Below, in pieces: positions 7,235 to 14,568 of a stretch of DNA of 15,699 nucleotides. The first letter of the stretch is position 1. Every line of letters begins with the position of its first letter. A program made the position numbers and the translations under genes. The DNA is taken from IMG/VR virus record IMGVR_UViG_3300017469_000161, positions 1-15,699 of that record, one strand, 5' to 3'. The notes below the pieces were generated by a model. That model was not told where the DNA came from. It was given only the letters and a program-made list of their open reading frames with translations, and did no database searches.

Positions 7235-8746
7235 GTGATATGCGAAGTCGTTGCCAGTTCATTTAAGCCACGTGACGGTGACGTTGTGAACGCTGACATA
7301 ACAAACATACGTTTTGCGTATCCACCGAGCTGTATCTTCTCGTCTCAGTACACGCAATTCATTTATGTTGATCATCCTTTGCCGAAGATAAGCCGTCTAA
7401 GGTTTAAGAGAGAGAATGGGGAAGAAGTGAAGGACGACAATTACGTCGTAATAGATATTGGAGACGATTTCTTAGTTTTACCAATAGAAGTTTGGAATAA
7501 ACTGAAGGAGCTTATATCGACTTACCTTAGTGAAGGAACTTTGCACGGAGGCATCCTATTGTACGGCGTCCCAGGCACCGGTAAATCATACATTGCTACT
7601 AAATTACTTACAAGGATTCTGGGGTTGAAAGCAATTGTTAAGCAACCTACCGATTTCTTAACAAAATATGTCGGTGAACCTTACCAATTGCTAAACGATT
7701 TCATAAATAGACAACTATTTTCCAACAAACCTTCCATCATAGTTTTTGACGAGGGAGAAAGGCTTTTACTAAAAAGAGGTGGAGGGGGCGAAGCTGAAAA
7801 ATTGGTAGAGGACAATATGAAGAATATATTATTAGAAAAATTGCAGGAATTTGCGGATTCGCAATATCCTTCGATTCTCGCATTAACTACTAACGCTTCA
7901 ATAAACGATATGGACGACGCAATGCTGAGGAGGTTTCCCTGGAAAATTTATTTCCCTCCCTATTCGCACACCGTTTACGAGTACATAGCGAGGAAGATAA
8001 CTACACAAAGAACTTTCAAAATTGAGGATAAGGAATATGATGTGCAGAAACTATCGTTTTATGCATCTGCTACCGGGATTTCTGTAGCTGAGTTCAGGAC
8101 TATAGTACAGACTGGGACTATCTCTTTTCTCAGGTCAAAAAGTAACTTCCCGAGGAGACTTGTGCCATTCGAATTACAAGATAAGGAAAGTATTTTAGAT
8201 ATAACGAAATTGCCCCAACTCAGGCGTTTTGATATCAAAAATAAGAACGTAAAAATGTTATGCGAAGGAGCATTATATACTATGACTGCAGTAGTAACAA
8301 GCTATTTTCTTACAAGTGAGAATAGACCCGTTTACCTTATAGATTTACAAGAGTCCACTTCCTTGAGGTATGGAAGCGATGATATTATTACATTACTCAA
8401 GCAGGAAAACAAACCTGTCGGTATAATTCATATGCATGGCAATCTCAACATCAACAAACAGCTGTTAATAGAGCGTCTACTCGAAGAGGATAACGTTAGT
8501 TTTGTGGTAATAACGAGTTTTGATAGTTCATTATTACAAGTACAAACATTGAAGCTTCTACCTAGGATTGATATAACACAATTGCCTGCAACTGACACAG
8601 ACATTTTGAAAAAAATATTGTACACGGTAGACACATTTTACGGGCTGAAGTTGGACATGCAAAAAACTATGAACGAACTGTACAGGGAGATGGACTTTAG
8701 AAAAGCTATGGACGTGTTGGAGAAAATGATCGCCATGACAATCTAA
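7235..8746 (+). CDS. AAA+ ATPase (classical CDC48-like AAA domain), probably ATV p529-like
   Basis: GILLYGVPGTGKS Walker A, TKYVGE pore loop, IIVFDE Walker B, LTTN sensor-1, DDAMLRRF second region of homology; GGTGAGG RBS before the GTG start. Confidence 0.88.
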   Translation: MICEVVASSFKPRDGDVVNADITNIRFAYPPSCIFSSQYTQFIYVDHPLPKISRLRFKRENGEEVKDDNYVVIDIGDDFLVLPIEVWNKLKELISTYLSEGTLHGGILLYGVPGTGKSYIATKLLTRILGLKAIVKQPTDFLTKYVGEPYQLLNDFINRQLFSNKPSIIVFDEGERLLLKRGGGGEAEKLVEDNMKNILLEKLQEFADSQYPSILALTTNASINDMDDAMLRRFPWKIYFPPYSHTVYEYIARKITTQRTFKIEDKEYDVQKLSFYASATGISVAEFRTIVQTGTISFLRSKSNFPRRLVPFELQDKESILDITKLPQLRRFDIKNKNVKMLCEGALYTMTAVVTSYFLTSENRPVYLIDLQESTSLRYGSDDIITLLKQENKPVGIIHMHGNLNINKQLLIERLLEEDNVSFVVITSFDSSLLQVQTLKLLPRIDITQLPATDTDILKKILYTVDTFYGLKLDMQKTMNELYREMDFRKAMDVLEKMIAMTI

Positions 8747-8751
8747 GCGAC

Positions 8752-8776
8752 GAGCCTCGCCCAGGGGAGGAAGTCA
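8752..8776 (+). repeat. Degenerate copy of the IS-end-like hairpin motif (GAGCCTCGCCCAGGGGAGGAAGTCA)
   Basis: Aligns to the reverse complement of 7182-7214 (CCTCGCCC...GGGGAG..GTCA) with the loop and part of one arm deleted. Confidence 0.5.
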
Positions 8777-8783
8777 ACTAAAC

Positions 8784-8800
8784 TTTTTAAACAGCTGTTT
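8784..8800 (+). promoter_or_regulatory. TATA box (TTTTTAAA) overlapped by palindrome AAACA-GC-TGTTT (8789-8800)
   Basis: TATA ends about 24 bp before ATG 8815; the palindrome matches the motif at the other promoters. Confidence 0.6.
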
Positions 8801-8814
8801 TAGAGCTATATATA

Positions 8815-9279
8815 ATGAGTGAAAATAATAGTAATAAGCGTCTTTCTTCATTCGCGACGTATGCAGAAGCTATAGCGAAAATACTAAACTTAATATATAC
8901 AATTGACCAACTTTCGCAATATTACAATCTTAACCAAATCTCTACACAGTACCTTAACGCGTCATTTACCCCTATTTCACCTAAAAAAATTGCAAATTAT
9001 TTTGGAGTTCAATACAACAAAATACCAAACCTAGTTCAGCAAACACAATACAATCCTGTGGCATTGGTAACTAAGGCAAATCAAATTGCACAGCAAATTG
9101 AACCAGATGTGTTAAATTCCCTGGCGTCCATGTATGGCGTCGAACCAGAGATAGTAAAATCGTTACAGGTATACCTACAGCTTGCACAAGTTTTGCCAAA
9201 ATTAGTTAATAATCAATCTGTTCAAGTCACTACTAACACGCAATATACAGCATCACCTAACGTATTAGAAAATTACTGA
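8815..9279 (+). CDS. Hypothetical protein, 154 aa, Gln/Asn-rich helical, possible virion protein
   Basis: Clean ORF with its own promoter; function inferred only from context and the shared promoter palindrome. Confidence 0.75.
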   Translation: MSENNSNKRLSSFATYAEAIAKILNLIYTIDQLSQYYNLNQISTQYLNASFTPISPKKIANYFGVQYNKIPNLVQQTQYNPVALVTKANQIAQQIEPDVLNSLASMYGVEPEIVKSLQVYLQLAQVLPKLVNNQSVQVTTNTQYTASPNVLENY

Positions 9280-9305
9280 CCCCCTCAACCCCCCAGAAAG
9301 TTAAA
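9280..9305 (+). repeat. Direct repeat copy 1 (CCCCCTCAACCCCCCAGAAAGTTAAA) containing a BRE/TATA-like element
   Basis: Near-identical to 9796-9820 (one indel, one substitution). Confidence 0.8.
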
Positions 9306-9332
9306 AATCATTATAATATAGATAATCTATTG

Positions 9333-9764
9333 ATGTCGAGACTACTGAAATTTGCCATAGTAGGAGGGGTAGGCACTTTGGTCAATGAACTAGTATTTTT
9401 ATCTACTACCAAGCTTTTATCCATATCGATATCATTAGCATTAGCAATTGAAATTTCAATAATTTTCAATTTTATGTTAAACGATGTATGGACATTTAAA
9501 GATAAGAGAATAGGAAACACATGGAAAAGGCTACTTAAATTTCATATGTCGTCAGCTAGTGGAGGAATTATTCAATATGCTGTGGTAGTTTCAATTATTG
9601 TAATTATGTTTCATTTTAGTAATGCCTCGGAAATAGTGACAATCTTGTTTTTTACGTCTTATTTAAAACTTCAATCTTTAGTACTTGGCATAATCAATTT
9701 CATAGGAATAATTTCTGGGTTCATCGTAAGATTTATAACAAGTATAAAGTGGGTATGGGTGTGA
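9333..9764 (+). CDS. GtrA-family membrane protein (putative lipid-linked sugar flippase)
   Basis: LLKFAIVGGVGTLVN N-terminus, NFMLNDVWTFKD, RLLKF and C-terminal RF...KWVW; four TM segments. ATG 9333 (TTG 9330 alternative). Confidence 0.88.
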   Translation: MSRLLKFAIVGGVGTLVNELVFLSTTKLLSISISLALAIEISIIFNFMLNDVWTFKDKRIGNTWKRLLKFHMSSASGGIIQYAVVVSIIVIMFHFSNASEIVTILFFTSYLKLQSLVLGIINFIGIISGFIVRFITSIKWVWV

Positions 9765-9820
9765 ACTACCACGCCCTCGCGGAGGGGGACTTTCGCCCCC
9801 TCAACCCCCAGAAATTTAAA
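9765..9820 (+). repeat. GC-rich hairpin element plus direct repeat copy 2 (9796-9820) ending in GAAA-TTTAAA BRE/TATA
   Basis: GAGGGGG (9782-9788) pairs with CCCCCTC (9796-9802); alternative stem CCCTC-GCG-GAGGG (9774-9786). Resembles, from memory, Sulfolobales IS605-type left ends. Confidence 0.6.
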
Positions 9821-9824
9821 CATG

Positions 9825-9840
9825 TAAAACATATGTTTTA
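9825..9840 (+). promoter_or_regulatory. Perfect 16-bp palindrome TAAAACATATGTTTTA between TATA and start codon (putative operator)
   Basis: TATA at 9815-9820, ATG at 9844. Confidence 0.7.
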
Positions 9841-9843
9841 ATT

Positions 9844-12117
9844 ATGGTAGTGATGAGAGTTAAGAGAAAGACCATATTCCTAATCCTGCTATATGCATTT
9901 TTCTTTATCTTACCATTTTTCCTGTTAACAGCAAAAGCTAGTCTTATCCAACAAGAAGTACCTATCTCAGTTAATGTAAACGCAAACATTTCGCAAGGGC
10001 TAATTTACATTGCTCCACTCCCACAACAAACCCAAGTGTTCGGTCAAAATTACTACGTATCAAACTCATTGGGTTATTATGAATACTCATATTTGTTCTC
10101 AGCAACACCACCGTTGCTGGTATGGTACGAGCCAGCTCCTTCATCACAAACTTATTATTTCGTTTACGGGGGAAATACTCAAGCTAGTGCCGTAACCACT
10201 GGTGTGTTTAGTTTTTTCACTCAGTTCTATTATCTCAACACCTCTATCTTCAATGTTTCCGGTGTTTCGTTACTTGGAGGGTCATTGGTGCTAAACGGGC
10301 AAAATAGCCTTGTAACTTTTACAACGACTGCGTTGCGTTATACATCTGCAGTTATGCTTTACACCTTTCAATCTTCAGCTGTTCTAACGCCACCTGAATT
10401 GATATATACTGGCTCAATTCCTTCAGGTAGCATAGTTACGCTAAGCCTTTTCTCATATTCCAACTTACAGACAATACCTTCGTATACCGCGTTTCCTTTC
10501 GGGTCTACGACCTGGGTTATGGCTTCCGACGGTTACGTTAAAAGCACACAATTCACAATTTCAAATACACAATTTACATATAACGCCCAGGTGGCAGGCA
10601 TGCCGAACGAAGAAGTTGCCAAAGTCGCTTTGCCACAATCATCTATGTACGGATTGGTGTTTGGGTCGTCAGTGCTTTTACAGTACCCTTCTACTCAATA
10701 TTTAGCACCGCAAACTGTAGCCCCGCAATCCATTACGTTTAACGATACTTTTGCCGTATCTCAAAGTGCATCCTACGGTTCTAATTCCGTCCTGTTAGAA
10801 GACCCAGTATACTTCTTTAACCCAACGTTACTTAACGGTTCTAATATCCTAGTGTATAACGATAGCAAATGGTACTCCTTACCAGTGCAAGCCAGCAATC
10901 TGAAACTTGACCTAAACCATGTAGACATGTATATTTTACCTTATAACTCGTCTTCCAATTACATATCCTTCGAAGATATACCAGTGGGTAGTACAATTTC
11001 AATCAAGTATACAAACGGCTCCACATATTCTGTTACCGCGAGCGGGAACACGGTAAACACAGTAGGAGGCGTGAGTTTAGTTGATCTTAAAATTTATGGA
11101 CGGAATGTGGTAGGGATATCGATCCAGCCGTCGTTAACAAACACACAAGTCAATTACAACATGCTTGTTGGGTTTACTGACTTTTTGCACAAAGCTGGGC
11201 TGATAGTAAATACGACAGGCGTATATGTATATAACTCTCAAACAGCTGTTACAAAGCTGGTAAAGAATCCGCAATTCCCAGCTGATGTTGGAGTTGGCTA
11301 TGCAGACATAGGCAATATATTCTATCTCATAGGTTTCTATTATTACCCAGGTTCTTTTTACACGTTCATAACGCCTATGCCAAACCCGGTCGCGTCAACT
11401 GGTATAGTTCCTTATATTAATTATAATGGCACAATACCGCTATCTGTATCAAGTATCGGTACAACACTGTCTTCCGGTCTGTATTATGAAACTACAGGTA
11501 TCGTATCAGTTGCAACAGGTTTGCCTACAGCATTACAGTCTTCCGTGCTCAGTTTGACGACAGCTCCGGGAGACGCAATAGTCAATAACAATAATACAGT
11601 CTACCAAACTAAGCTAACAAATTCGTCGTCTCTAACACTAGTAGGCTTCACTGGGTATAACCTTGTTGTACAGTATGGGAACATACAATCCCAACTTCTC
11701 ATATCCAGTAACTATTACCCAACAAACTTGCCAACGAATTTACAAGTAGTTGTTACAGTATCGGAATCCTCTAGGTCGATAACAATTTCCACATCACCGC
11801 TACCAGTGAAACCAGTCCAGGTTGCATCATTGAATGTTACTAATACAACCAATGTAAAGTATAACGGTAGTAGCGGATCTTCATTTACAACTAGTATACA
11901 TTCGACAAATAACCAACTAATAGGAATTATAACATACTATAGTTTTCTAGCAATAGCTGTAGCATCTTATCGTTATTCTTCTCAACTGTGGTCTTCAACA
12001 TTGTTTCTTAGTTTCGCTACACTCTCTATAGGTCTGCTCTTCGCTAACTATATAGTACTACCCTTCAGTATCGGTGCCGTAATATTAGGCTTCATCTTCA
12101 AAAGGCTAAACCTCTGA
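9844..12117 (+). CDS. Large secreted, C-terminally membrane-anchored Ser/Thr/Tyr-rich glycoprotein (putative virion envelope/adhesion protein), 757 aa
   Basis: Signal peptide (KRK, hydrophobic stretch, AKA-S), beta-rich charge-poor body, 15 N-X-S/T sequons by manual count, about 3 C-terminal TM helices ending KRLNL. Confidence 0.85.
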   Translation: MVVMRVKRKTIFLILLYAFFFILPFFLLTAKASLIQQEVPISVNVNANISQGLIYIAPLPQQTQVFGQNYYVSNSLGYYEYSYLFSATPPLLVWYEPAPSSQTYYFVYGGNTQASAVTTGVFSFFTQFYYLNTSIFNVSGVSLLGGSLVLNGQNSLVTFTTTALRYTSAVMLYTFQSSAVLTPPELIYTGSIPSGSIVTLSLFSYSNLQTIPSYTAFPFGSTTWVMASDGYVKSTQFTISNTQFTYNAQVAGMPNEEVAKVALPQSSMYGLVFGSSVLLQYPSTQYLAPQTVAPQSITFNDTFAVSQSASYGSNSVLLEDPVYFFNPTLLNGSNILVYNDSKWYSLPVQASNLKLDLNHVDMYILPYNSSSNYISFEDIPVGSTISIKYTNGSTYSVTASGNTVNTVGGVSLVDLKIYGRNVVGISIQPSLTNTQVNYNMLVGFTDFLHKAGLIVNTTGVYVYNSQTAVTKLVKNPQFPADVGVGYADIGNIFYLIGFYYYPGSFYTFITPMPNPVASTGIVPYINYNGTIPLSVSSIGTTLSSGLYYETTGIVSVATGLPTALQSSVLSLTTAPGDAIVNNNNTVYQTKLTNSSSLTLVGFTGYNLVVQYGNIQSQLLISSNYYPTNLPTNLQVVVTVSESSRSITISTSPLPVKPVQVASLNVTNTTNVKYNGSSGSSFTTSIHSTNNQLIGIITYYSFLAIAVASYRYSSQLWSSTLFLSFATLSIGLLFANYIVLPFSIGAVILGFIFKRLNL

Positions 12118-12143
12118 GGACAAGACGCCTTCCCAAGAGAAGA

Positions 12144-12177
12144 GAAAAAACTTATATTCATCTCAAACATATGTTTT
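12144..12177 (+). promoter_or_regulatory. BRE/TATA (GAAAAAACTTATAT) followed by CTCAAACATATGTTT palindrome (core 12165-12176)
   Basis: Located upstream of ATG 12189; same motif as at 9825 and 14529. Confidence 0.7.
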
Positions 12178-12188
12178 ACTGAGCTAAA

Positions 12189-13631
12189 ATGGAAGTGTAC
12201 TTACTAAACTTGTATCCAGGCACCGTCACTGTTACAGTAACTGATAATACTAATGGGAACTCGCAAACATATACGCTATCACAATATCAATACGTCGACA
12301 TTTCATCTATGATATCATCGCTATCCGATAGTCTCACAGTACAAGTACCTGGTGTAGGTACGGGTAATATACAACTTTTTTCTCCTACCCAAACAATATA
12401 CATTACTCAAAATAATATATATTCAAACTCTTTACCACCAGTTGCCACACTAAAAGAAATTCTCTATGACAACATTCTACAAAACATGAACACTGACATT
12501 ATAAATGTATTTCAAGCGTTGAACTCACTAATTTCTGAGTACGCTTCTGGGAAACCACTATCGCCATCTGCTTTATCTAACGTATCGTCAACTCTTCAGC
12601 AAATTAACAAAATGTTACAAAACGCTATACAATTTGAAAATGAAACTTCAACAACTTTCGAAGGAGTATCTGCGTATCAGCAAGTGTATAATAATTTAAA
12701 TCAAATATACGAGTCGCTAACTAACGATACATTGACAGTTGAGGAATTACAAAGTTTACAATTACCTAGTTATAGCACACCAGAGGCTGGTACTATAGCT
12801 TCTATTTATACACGACTACTTAATAATGCAATTAATACTATGAAAAGTGCTAGCTCACAGAGGAATAGCTCTACTTCATCGTCATCAACTAGCTCACAGA
12901 GCAAATCGTCATCAACTAGAACTCAAACATCTACACCGTCTAGCTCACAGGGAGCTAGCTCACAGGGAGCTGAGACATCAGGGCCTCTCCCACCAGGATC
13001 GTACGGGTGGATAAGCACACACACATCGAATGTAATACCAACACCACCCCCGTCATCAGGATCATCAGGAGGAACAACAACCGTGGCTACGACCCAGACT
13101 TCTACTCCTTCATCGTCATCATCTAGTACTCCAACATCTGTGTCGTCTTCGTCTCCTACTACATCCCCGACTCCGAGTTCTACCACATCTCCAACATCAT
13201 CCACATCTCCCACTACAATATCTCAGGGACAAGTGCTCGCTCAGATACAGGCAGGCGACATAAGTTCGCTTCAATCAGAAATATCAGAAATACCCCCAGA
13301 GATACTTCCAGTAGTTAGTGCTGTTACTCAATTGTACCAAATATATGACATACCAGATGGAACGCCATTATCTACTGTACTTGAACGTTTACTTAGTGAT
13401 ATTAGGGACGCATATTATAAAATAAGTAACCATAAGCAGGAACAAGTAAACACTCAAAAACTATCAATGCTACTGCAAGTATATAATACTCTTGCTAGTA
13501 ATGGATTAGCACCTGCAAGCCAAAGTGCGTCGAAATTAAGTAACCTGGTGCAAACTTCTGGAATTATACCAGCTGTACCATCTGTTTTAGGTCAATCTTA
13601 TCCGGGCAAGATATATAGCAATTTAGTCTAG
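12189..13631 (+). CDS. Hypothetical structural protein, 480 aa: beta N-domain, helical domain, Ser/Thr/Pro linker, helical C-domain
   Basis: Long ORF with its own promoter; low-complexity S/T tract with internal repeats (TAGCTCACAG four times, TQTSTPSS twice). Confidence 0.82.
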   Translation: MEVYLLNLYPGTVTVTVTDNTNGNSQTYTLSQYQYVDISSMISSLSDSLTVQVPGVGTGNIQLFSPTQTIYITQNNIYSNSLPPVATLKEILYDNILQNMNTDIINVFQALNSLISEYASGKPLSPSALSNVSSTLQQINKMLQNAIQFENETSTTFEGVSAYQQVYNNLNQIYESLTNDTLTVEELQSLQLPSYSTPEAGTIASIYTRLLNNAINTMKSASSQRNSSTSSSSTSSQSKSSSTRTQTSTPSSSQGASSQGAETSGPLPPGSYGWISTHTSNVIPTPPPSSGSSGGTTTVATTQTSTPSSSSSSTPTSVSSSSPTTSPTPSSTTSPTSSTSPTTISQGQVLAQIQAGDISSLQSEISEIPPEILPVVSAVTQLYQIYDIPDGTPLSTVLERLLSDIRDAYYKISNHKQEQVNTQKLSMLLQVYNTLASNGLAPASQSASKLSNLVQTSGIIPAVPSVLGQSYPGKIYSNLV

Positions 13632-14129
13632 TCAAGGGCTAAAAATAATTTTTTCCTTTTCGAATAATTCCCTTATCCTTCTAGCTTCTTCATCGTTTCT
13701 TTCTCCACCAGAATAAAGTAACGGTACGGCTATAGGTTCTTTCGTCAATCCGAACACGTTAGCAAATTGCGTTATAATTTCCTTTAATATAGATATCTTT
13801 AACATGTTGATTTCCTGTTCAACACCGTATGCGGTAGGTCGAAGTTCTAATTGTAGAATGTCATCAACGTTTGAATTGATAATATCATTAACCTTTACCA
13901 ACAATTCCCTTGTGTTCTTGACATCCCCAAGGTCAAACCCAAGCTTTATATAATTTTGAAGTACAGTCTCCGCTACTCGTCTCAACTCATTAAAAATTAT
14001 ATTATTCTCAGCCACATCAAGTTCACTAACTTGTTGTTCTAAAAATGTCGTAAGATCAGCAAACGCATATAAAATAGAATTCGCATCGCCGTTCGAAAGA
14101 ATAGAACCTAACTTTTCAGAAAGTTTCAT
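13632..14129 (-). CDS. Hypothetical protein, 165 aa, acidic helical
   Basis: ATG about 24 bp below a TTTTTAAAA box; its stop abuts the stop of the convergent 480-aa gene. Confidence 0.8.
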   Translation of the reverse strand: MKLSEKLGSILSNGDANSILYAFADLTTFLEQQVSELDVAENNIIFNELRRVAETVLQNYIKLGFDLGDVKNTRELLVKVNDIINSNVDDILQLELRPTAYGVEQEINMLKISILKEIITQFANVFGLTKEPIAVPLLYSGGERNDEEARRIRELFEKEKIIFSP

Positions 14130-14170
14130 GTAATCTACTTGGGAAATAAGATTTTAAAAAAAGTTATAGC

Positions 14171-14521
14171 TTAGTATTCGGAAACCATCTGCCGTGCATT
14201 CATGCCCGATAACAAGTTGTATGCTTCTTGCACTACAGGGAGATATTGCTGTTGGACTTCTGGTGGAATTTCAACGTCCTGGAACCCCATACCTCTCTTC
14301 TTCAACCCAGCATTATCTACTGCAGACCTTATTTCTTCTACTACTTTATGAAGAATTTCTTTTACTTGTGGGTATCCATCTCTGGTTGCGTTAGCCTCAA
14401 TTCCTGCTAGCTTTAACGTTATTGTTGGGTATTTTGTTACTTTCCCTTCTAGTATCGCCTTCAACGCACGTCTTGCTCCACCTAGGACGTCTCCTTTTCT
14501 TGGGAAATACTCATCCACCAT
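14171..14521 (-). CDS. Bicaudavirus four-helix-bundle coat/virion protein, ATV p131-like, 116 aa
   Basis: Y.P.KGD..GGA, YP..TLKLAG.EANA.R.G, KE..H..V and G.GFQ...IP.EV motifs match the ATV p131 sequence as I recall it. The true start is ATG 14521 (MVDEYF); the ORF-track extension to 14575 runs through the promoter. Confidence 0.85.
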   Translation of the reverse strand: MVDEYFPRKGDVLGGARRALKAILEGKVTKYPTITLKLAGIEANATRDGYPQVKEILHKVVEEIRSAVDNAGLKKRGMGFQDVEIPPEVQQQYLPVVQEAYNLLSGMNARQMVSEY

Positions 14522-14528
14522 TTTTGGT

Positions 14529-14568
14529 CTCAAACATATGTTTGAGCTAGTGGTTAAAAAACTTTTCG
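14529..14568 (-). promoter_or_regulatory. Coat-gene promoter: BRE GAAAAG, TATA TTTTTTAA, and perfect 18-bp palindrome CTCAAACATATGTTTGAG (14529-14546)
   Basis: The palindrome lies between the TATA box and ATG 14521, over the expected transcription start. Confidence 0.75.

Noticed and set aside
9321-9330. GATAATCTA, resembling the start of a Sulfolobales CRISPR repeat (also TAATCTACT near 14131)
   Set aside because: Only about 9 bp match, with no repeat-spacer periodicity and no GAAAG end; there is no mini-CRISPR array in the window.
7182-9810. A complete IS or composite transposon spanning the ATPase to GtrA
   Set aside because: There is no transposase or tnpB ORF, and the orientations of the end-like motifs do not bracket a single element.
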